Assembly (NCBI GenBank): GCA_964607485.1
Contig: CAZSKP010000003.1
Span: 64,001-128,000 of the forward strand
Length of the DNA: 64,000 nt
Direction: 5' to 3'
Source of the DNA: an uncultured bacterium
GTDB taxonomy: Bacteria > Abyssobacteria > SURF-5
The notes beneath the pieces are model-generated. The model made no database searches, was not told the DNA's origin, and was given only the letters and a program-made list of their open reading frames with translations. The translations under genes were made by a program, and so were the position numbers. Positions 59,101-64,000 of this stretch are shown piece by piece. How positions within the stretch are numbered: the first letter of the stretch is position 1; each line of letters begins with the position of its first letter.

Positions 59101-59255
59101 GGCAGAGGGAAACGAGGGCTCGCCGTTTTCGAGTATCACCGAGTGTGACAGGCTCGAGACATTGTCCCTGATCGCCTGCAAGCTCTCCTGCTCGTTGCGT
59201 GTGATTGCGTAGCTGTTGACCAGATAGGTTCGGGGCAGGGCGAATGTGTTCTCGC
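53558..59255 (-). repeat. three highly similar ~430-nt 3' ends of the YfhO paralogs (about 53558-53985, 56188-56615, 58830-59255)
   Basis: shared gggtgccgagggagatggccgctcccc...gtgtgattgcccgcggg...aaacgcgttccagcccggatagta-type sequence. Confidence 0.88.
56129..58774 (-). CDS. YfhO-family GT-C membrane protein, paralog 2
   Basis: same motifs; ATGA overlap coupling on both sides. Confidence 0.88.
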   Translation of the reverse strand: MKRLLKPSLILLGILFFLAMLLYDVLKAGSTPVLNFINSDMYSQFWPVLTLSREYVRAGALPLWNPYDALGGPLFAINGQSLLSPINWVMLLLDVPRAMLVIQFLNTIIGMVGTLLYMRYLKLDWPAVILGTMLFGYAVFLDTFVPNKGATLCWLPLIILLTHRLFDRPSFGACIALTASLVLCFLGGFANYFYYICIIGFVYFSFVIVFSWSEYKLKGTLLRLSLVGLAFVLMLGIVSVQFLPMVELSLSSVRNITKEYVSTGHDPYDVFSISLVFNNYLNSRGAHIWGDRNLFVSAAIYYYGSSLLFVPFSIASKKDRPVVIALFATIGYTVLFVLSKHVPSLAIFGKLPFSDSLRWHARMIDMNQFALGVLAGIGLLVLWEKGSVRLRDTETGKLNWFPILAVLYTLFVAYPTCKTVPRLLFRSSGYFVILLPWIVIGAAFLIRASRYSFRVKTVLMGMVLLTSLLGAVHLWDVLDAVIDLIILLLCVSLILFVFICALDGVPRMKRFILGMTVGLAVLGIVFGHRFEPTGCFVLFMTAVFVFYFFYDSGLPSWPKKTGVWVLALLILVEIVSYRHIRSTVPATTVKSYAGSSDVSWRKWITEHAGYDRVYLKYAVNSPEKSRGSGDRIFNISSYTSFTLARWGDFVEFMIGDKEFEEIVTFYGLFVGFEKDLPQRAKEMGLASLRYMVTDSEMSEEDSRDSWKLRYQNSTEPEICIYENEFALPRTYLVNNYIITHGEQESLQAIRNNLSELSHSVILENGQPSFASSDASTRSGRARIDRYENDEVELHVEADKPSLVILTDGYYPGWNAFVDGVRTPIWRANSLFRAVETPAGNHTVVFKYQPASLRWGAAISLGTLLLILCSFSFVVLRKRSKR

Positions 59256-61399
59256 GTACGTAAAACTTTGAGTTCTTATCGATGCCTTCGTGCGTCAACT
59301 TCCACCCGTTGCGATTACCCTCTCCTATCTTGTCCTCGTCGAAACCTTCATAGGCGAGAAAGTAGCGAAGAGATGTCAATCCCACCATCTGCGGCTGCTC
59401 CAGGAATAATTTCGTCAAAGGCCCGACGAGGATGCCGTAGAAGGGGCCGGCCCGGGTGATCTCGTCGAATTTTTCGGAACCTGCGATGCAGCGGACATAG
59501 TTTTTCCACCGGGCCAGCGTCAAGGAGTCGTAACTGTCGATACTGAAAAACTGAAACATGCTTCCAATATTAGAGTTGAGTAAGGAATCGGAGGGGGAAA
59601 TGAGCACACGGTCGTACCCCGCGTGTGCTTTTGTCCACTTTACCCTTTGGTCGAAATAGAAATTGGCTGAGGCGACCGTAGTGGTAGCGGGAACCGGCGC
59701 GAGCGCCTGCCTCCGTGGAACGACATCGAGCAGTATCAACAGCAACACCGCCCACATGCTCGCCCTCCTCGTCCAGGGGGGAAGTTCGGGAGCATACAGG
59801 AAGAAAGCGAGCACGGCTGTCATAATGACTGTGAAATATCCCGTCGGCTCGAACTGGCTCCTGAACACAATACTCACCGCGACTAGCCCCGCCGCCATTC
59901 CCGCTGCGAATCTCTTCATCCGGCGAGAGCCATCGGAAGCGTACAGAACGACGACGATAATCAAGGGGATGCAGAGCGAAATGCCGATGAGGTCGATTGC
60001 CATGTACATCGTGTCTTTGAATGAGACAACGCTTAGCAGACCCGCCAATAGCACCGCCGCCGCCAGGAACCCTTTCACCCGAGGAGGATACCTGGAAGCT
60101 ATCACAAGGAAGATGAAACCGATCAGTATCAAGGGCAGCAGAATCACCATGTAACTTGATGAACGAAATAACAGTCTAACGATGGTCACGCAGGCCGGGT
60201 ACGAAAGGAAGAGCAGGTACAAGACCGCCAGCACCGAGAACCAGTCCAAGCTCCTCGTCCGTGGGTTGCGCAACTTCAGGAATTCCCTGTTCAACAGAAC
60301 AGAAAGGCCGATCCCCGCGAGGGCCACGATCATGAAATGAGTGAGAGCCACAAACCTTTCGTGCCAACGGAAACTGTCGGCAAGAGGGACCCTGCCGAAG
60401 ACGGCCAACTCCGGCCTGTGCTTTGATAGAACAAACAGCAGTGCATAGCCCAGGGCGGCTGACAGCGCTATCACAACCTGCCTGTGCCTCTTAGACCAAA
60501 GCGCAAAAGGGATGAGTAGCAGCGAGCTGCCGAAATAGGGCGTGAACGAGTGAGGCGTCCATGTGGTCAGAGTGCTCCACAACATCCCAAGCACGGAGAA
60601 CCTTCCGAGCAAAAGAACTTTTCCCGGCTCCATCTGCTTCGTCACACTACGGACAGAATGAAGAGACAGCTCCAGCGTGGGCAAAAATTGCACAGCGACC
60701 AGCCCCGCCGTGAACAGAAGGGCGAGACCGCACAGGCCAAATCTCAACGAGACGCCTCTCAGCTCATAACGGGACCATGAGAGGAGCAGCATAACACAAA
60801 GGTAAACGAATAGAATGATGCAGATGTAGTAAAAGTGCTGGACGAATCCCGCCAGAAAACAGAGAGCCAGCAATGCCGTCAGCGCCAGGCACGCCCCCAG
60901 CCCCGGCCCGTCAAGAAGCCGGTGAGCCAACCACAGAATGACCGGCAGCCAACAGTAAGCCGAGCCAACGCAGAGGCAAAAGGTCTGTCCCAAAACGGAA
61001 TACCCAAAAAGCAAAGATGCCAGGATGACGGCGGGCCACTCAAGCTTCAGATAGCGCATGTAAAGCGCCATCCCCCCCCATGCCGATAGCGACAGACAGA
61101 AACTGTATTGCGAGCATCGCCCGAGGCACGTCCAGCAGGAATATTACCCAGTTAATCGGGTAGAGAAGCCCGTATCCTATTACAGCAAAGAGCGGGCGGC
61201 CCACCGCCTGATAGGGATTCCACAACGGGAGCGTCCCAGACAGAACTTCCCGTTTGGCAAGAGTTAGTAGCGGTAAATATTGAGCATACAAGTCGAGGGG
61301 AGGAATCCCATCCCCCGCCCTCTTCATTTGATACAGAGAATTCGTCAGAAAGCACGAAATGCCGACGACGACCAGAGCCAGTACGACCAGACGCTTCAA
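58771..61399 (-). pseudogene. YfhO-family GT-C membrane protein, paralog 1, frameshifted at a G8 tract (61072-61079)
   Basis: ORFs 61040..61399 and 58771..61071 join if G8 becomes G7, giving GMGGMALYMRY, in register with GMAGVVLYMRY and GMVGTLLYMRY of the paralogs; remainder intact. Confidence 0.88.
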
Positions 61400-61455
61400 C
61401 TGTTCATTCCATCAAAATTGCGTAACATGAATAGTTTGGCGACCCTCGGTCGTCG

Positions 61456-61485
61456 ATTATATCTACATCGGCGTTGAAAGGTCAA
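61456..61485 (-). promoter_or_regulatory. sigma70 promoter of YfhO operon
   Basis: minus strand TTGACC-N18-TATAAT. Confidence 0.68.
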
Positions 61486-61701
61486 GTCACACTCTCCGGC
61501 TGAAATTCCCACATGAACAATGGCTGGGAGGGCCCGTTGGCTCGCAGGCGCTGGGAAATTACCGCAAAATAAAAGTGTCTTGTCCAACGCCGTACAACAC
61601 GCGCACAAACCCGGCCAGTTGTGCTCATCCTCAGAAACAGCCGGACGAACCAAGCCCGAAATGGCCGGCGGGACAATTGAATCCATCTGGCGCTTTCTGT
61701 G

Positions 61702-61731
61702 TTGAAGCGCGAAATTATGGTGTGTTATACT
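61702..61731 (+). promoter_or_regulatory. sigma70 promoter of methionine synthase/btu operon
   Basis: TTGAAG-N18-TATACT with extended -10 TG. Confidence 0.62.
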
Positions 61732-61739
61732 TAGAAACC

Positions 61740-61840
61740 GGGTCTCGTGGACGTCGGGGGAGGCGGACGACGCGTCCCGTGCGGCGACCTCTTCCGCCGC
61801 ATGCACCCGCCAGAGGAGACACCGGGAACTTTTCCCGACA
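61740..61840 (+). ncRNA. candidate structured 5' leader (unassigned cis-regulatory RNA)
   Basis: nested stems GTCTC/GAGAC, GGACGTCG/CGACG(CG)TCC, TGCGGCG/CGCCGCA, then CGGGAA/TTCCCG, starting right after the predicted TSS. Confidence 0.3.
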
Positions 61841-61875
61841 AGAGTCGAGTGTAAGCTACTGGGGCGTGGTTGATT

Positions 61876-62925
61876 ATGGAGCTACTGGGAAATGCCGTTG
61901 CGACGGGTATCGGCACGGTTCCGCACACCGACGCCGTCCAGGCGACAAAACTGATTTTCGAACATTTCGTCGATATCCCTTTCTGGCCGCAGTTGAACCG
62001 CAGGCGCTTCGTCGAGCAGATGCTCGTGCAGTTCACCGAACGCATGCCCGGAATACACGTCGACGAGGCCGCGAGAGCTATCCGCTTCTCGACTCCCTCG
62101 CCCGAAGCCCAGGCCGAATTCTACGAGAACTATTTGGCTGCCAACCTCGAATTTGCTCGTATATCGCCCGAGTATGCGGCGGGCCTGCACGCCTTCGTCG
62201 AAACCCTGCAATCAAAAGAGAGGGCCGTGCCCCCGTTCGCCAAGGGCCATGTCGTCGGGCCGATAACGTTCGGCCTGAGCGTGTTGAACGAGGCCGAACG
62301 CGGGCTGATATACGACGAGATCGCCGCCGACATTGCGGTAAAATGTCTCGAGATGAAAGCGCGCTGGCAGGCCGAGCTTTTCAGGCGCATCGGCCCGACT
62401 CCTATAATCATTGTCGACGAGCCTTATCTCTCGAATTACGGCTCTCCATTCATCAGCCTGACTCGCGAGCGCGTAATCGGGATTCTGAACGACCTCATCC
62501 GCCCGGTCAAGCAAGCCGGCACAAAGGTCGGCATACACTGCTGCGGCAATACCGACTGGTCGATGCTCCTCGAGACCGACGCCGACATCGTGAGCTTCGA
62601 CGCCGACGGATACTTCGACGGGTTCGCATGCTACGACGCGGACCTCGCGAAGTTTCTCGAACGCGGCGGCTTGGTGGCGTGGGGCATCGTGCCCACGATC
62701 GCGTTCACGGGCTCGGAGACCGTTGCCGGCCTTGCCGACAAACTCGAGGGCCAGATAAAGACCCTCTCGTCGAAAGGGATCGACGAAGAACTCCTGTGGA
62801 GACAGTCGCTGGTCACTCCAAGCTGCGGCGTCGGCCCGATCCCCGAAGAGAAGAAGGCGGAACGGATTCTCACGCTGGCCTCCCGGGTCTCGCGCGAGAT
62901 ACGCGAGCGGAGAAAATATATATGA
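61876..62925 (+). CDS. core (catalytic-domain-only) methionine synthase, Meth_synt_2 family, MesB-like
   Basis: [31 protein letters not shown] zinc motif, SFDA, AWGIVPT, TPSCG; about 350 aa with no N-terminal folate barrel. Confidence 0.8.
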   Translation: MELLGNAVATGIGTVPHTDAVQATKLIFEHFVDIPFWPQLNRRRFVEQMLVQFTERMPGIHVDEAARAIRFSTPSPEAQAEFYENYLAANLEFARISPEYAAGLHAFVETLQSKERAVPPFAKGHVVGPITFGLSVLNEAERGLIYDEIAADIAVKCLEMKARWQAELFRRIGPTPIIIVDEPYLSNYGSPFISLTRERVIGILNDLIRPVKQAGTKVGIHCCGNTDWSMLLETDADIVSFDADGYFDGFACYDADLAKFLERGGLVAWGIVPTIAFTGSETVAGLADKLEGQIKTLSSKGIDEELLWRQSLVTPSCGVGPIPEEKKAERILTLASRVSREIRERRKYI

Positions 62926-63845
62926 GACTGCGAAGGCTCGTTCGCTGCGCGCTGCTCATTATTCTGCTTTGGTCGCTCACCTCATGCGCGAAGCGGGCGA
63001 ACGAGCCGGCCGAGCCGGCCCCGGAAGCCACTGCCGAAAAGAAGTATCCGGCCCGCATCGTCTCGATGGCGCCCAGCATCACCGAGGTGGTCTTCGCGCT
63101 GGGGCTCGGCGACAGGGTCGTTGGTGTCACCGACTACTGCGACTATCCGCCCGAGGCGCGGGAAAAACCCTCGATAGGCGGCGTCAACAATCCCAACATG
63201 GAGGCCATCGTCGCGCTCAACTCCGACCTCGTCATCGCGCTTCCGATCGCCAGTCATCAGGGCCTGTTCCGGTCGCTCAATCAGCTCGGCATCAAGGTGC
63301 TCACGCTCCCGAACGATACGCTCGAAGATTTGTTCAACACCATCCGCACAATCGGCAAAGAGACCTCGACACAGGAAGCCGCTGAGGAGTTGGTCGGCCG
63401 TCTGCAGGCGAAATTTTCGGAGATAAGCGAGAAGGTTGCAAAGAGCCCTCGGAGAAAAGTCATGTTCGTCGTGGGCGAGGACCCCCTGTTTGTCGCTGGC
63501 GGAGGCACGTTCATCGACGAGCTCATCACCATCGCTGGCGGAACCAACATCGCGGGCGACAGCCTGTCGAAATATCCCCGGCTGAGCATTGAGGAGGTTG
63601 TCTCGAGGGCGCCCGAGGTGATATTGTACACATCGTTCAACTACGAGTTGACTCCGCAGAGAGAGGCGCGGGCGAAGGAGCTGTGGAGCGCATATCCGTC
63701 GCTTCCCGCCGTCAGGGAAGGGCGAATATACGGGCTGGTGGCCGACGACGTCACGCTTCCCGGCCCCAGGCTGGTGCTTGGGGTCGAGGAGATGGCCCGC
63801 GCGATTCATCCCGAAGTGTTCGAGCGAGAGGAACCTGCACAGTGA
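62922..63845 (+). CDS. btuF: cobalamin/iron-siderophore ABC transporter substrate-binding lipoprotein
   Basis: lipobox [58 protein letters not shown]. Confidence 0.85.
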   Translation: MRLRRLVRCALLIILLWSLTSCAKRANEPAEPAPEATAEKKYPARIVSMAPSITEVVFALGLGDRVVGVTDYCDYPPEAREKPSIGGVNNPNMEAIVALNSDLVIALPIASHQGLFRSLNQLGIKVLTLPNDTLEDLFNTIRTIGKETSTQEAAEELVGRLQAKFSEISEKVAKSPRRKVMFVVGEDPLFVAGGGTFIDELITIAGGTNIAGDSLSKYPRLSIEEVVSRAPEVILYTSFNYELTPQREARAKELWSAYPSLPAVREGRIYGLVADDVTLPGPRLVLGVEEMARAIHPEVFEREEPAQ

Positions 63846-64000
63846 AGCGGCTTACCGTGAAGCGCTGGCTTTTTACGGTCGGGGTCATGGCGGTTCTGCT
63901 CTTTGTCTCGATAGTCGTCTGCTCTCTCATCGGGCCGACGCCGCTCGACCTAAAGCAGGCGTTCGACACCTCGCTCGTGCCCAATCCCCAAGCGAAGATA
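63842..64000 (+). CDS. FecCD/BtuC-family permease (5' part only)
   Basis: GTG overlapping the btuF stop; [35 protein letters not shown]...; position after the binding protein. Confidence 0.65.
   Translation, partial: MKRLTVKRWLFTVGVMAVLLFVSIVVCSLIGPTPLDLKQAFDTSLVPNPQAKI

Noticed and set aside
61740-61875. Canonical cobalamin, SAM-I, ZTP or guanidine-II riboswitch
   Set aside because: I could not find their conserved cores by eye; kept only as an unassigned candidate
61575-62921. 449-codon N-terminal extension of the 756-aa ORF overlapping the methionine synthase in another frame
   Set aside because: Arg-rich shadow frame typical of high-GC DNA; the real BtuF starts at ATG 62922 with a lipoprotein signal, and the extension runs across the promoter

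Overview
GC-rich (roughly 60% by eye) chromosomal window from a diderm bacterium (lptD, TonB receptor), probably an anaerobe (ADP-forming acyl-CoA ligase, URO-D/MtaA-type protein, core methionine synthase with BtuF/BtuC). I found no rRNA, tRNA, CRISPR array or transposase. Blocks: (1) 1-8.4 kb, HEAT-repeat gene, then lptD, three nucleotide-sugar SDR enzymes, a PilZ gene and a GT-C-type membrane protein. (2) 8.5-21 kb on the minus strand: a membrane-anchored HTH protein carrying RxxxR repeats, a Ser/Thr kinase with a secreted neighbour, PilZ, a hybrid histidine kinase, a URO-D-family protein, an esterase, an in-frame acyl-CoA ligase alpha/RNase HI fusion and a VOC protein. (3) 21.4-36.4 kb: a secreted R/G/F- and Tyr-rich repeat protein, an AlkZ-like protein and a signalling island (5-PAS hybrid kinase; REC-adenylate cyclase; TonB receptor, orphan binding protein, HAMP kinase, Rcp1-like regulator and hybrid kinase). 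Its units carry putative sigma54 promoters, each with an IHF-like site 53-54 bp upstream; two also share an enhancer-like element. (4) 36.5-61.4 kb: a large surface-glycosylation locus, the best candidate for an undescribed system. It has three tandem YfhO GT-C paralogs (the first frameshifted in a G8 tract), VioA-like aminotransferase, a decayed NeuD/PglD acetyltransferase, SDR, ACP, AMP-ligase, LuxE, LuxC, VioB-like acyltransferase, CrtF-like O-methyltransferase, polyprenyl-phosphate GT2, nucleoside hydrolase, two more GT-C proteins, an SGNH protein and a YfhO relic. (5) 61.7-64 kb: a structured 5' leader, core methionine synthase and a corrinoid ABC importer. All functional calls come from motif recognition by eye; no database searches were run.
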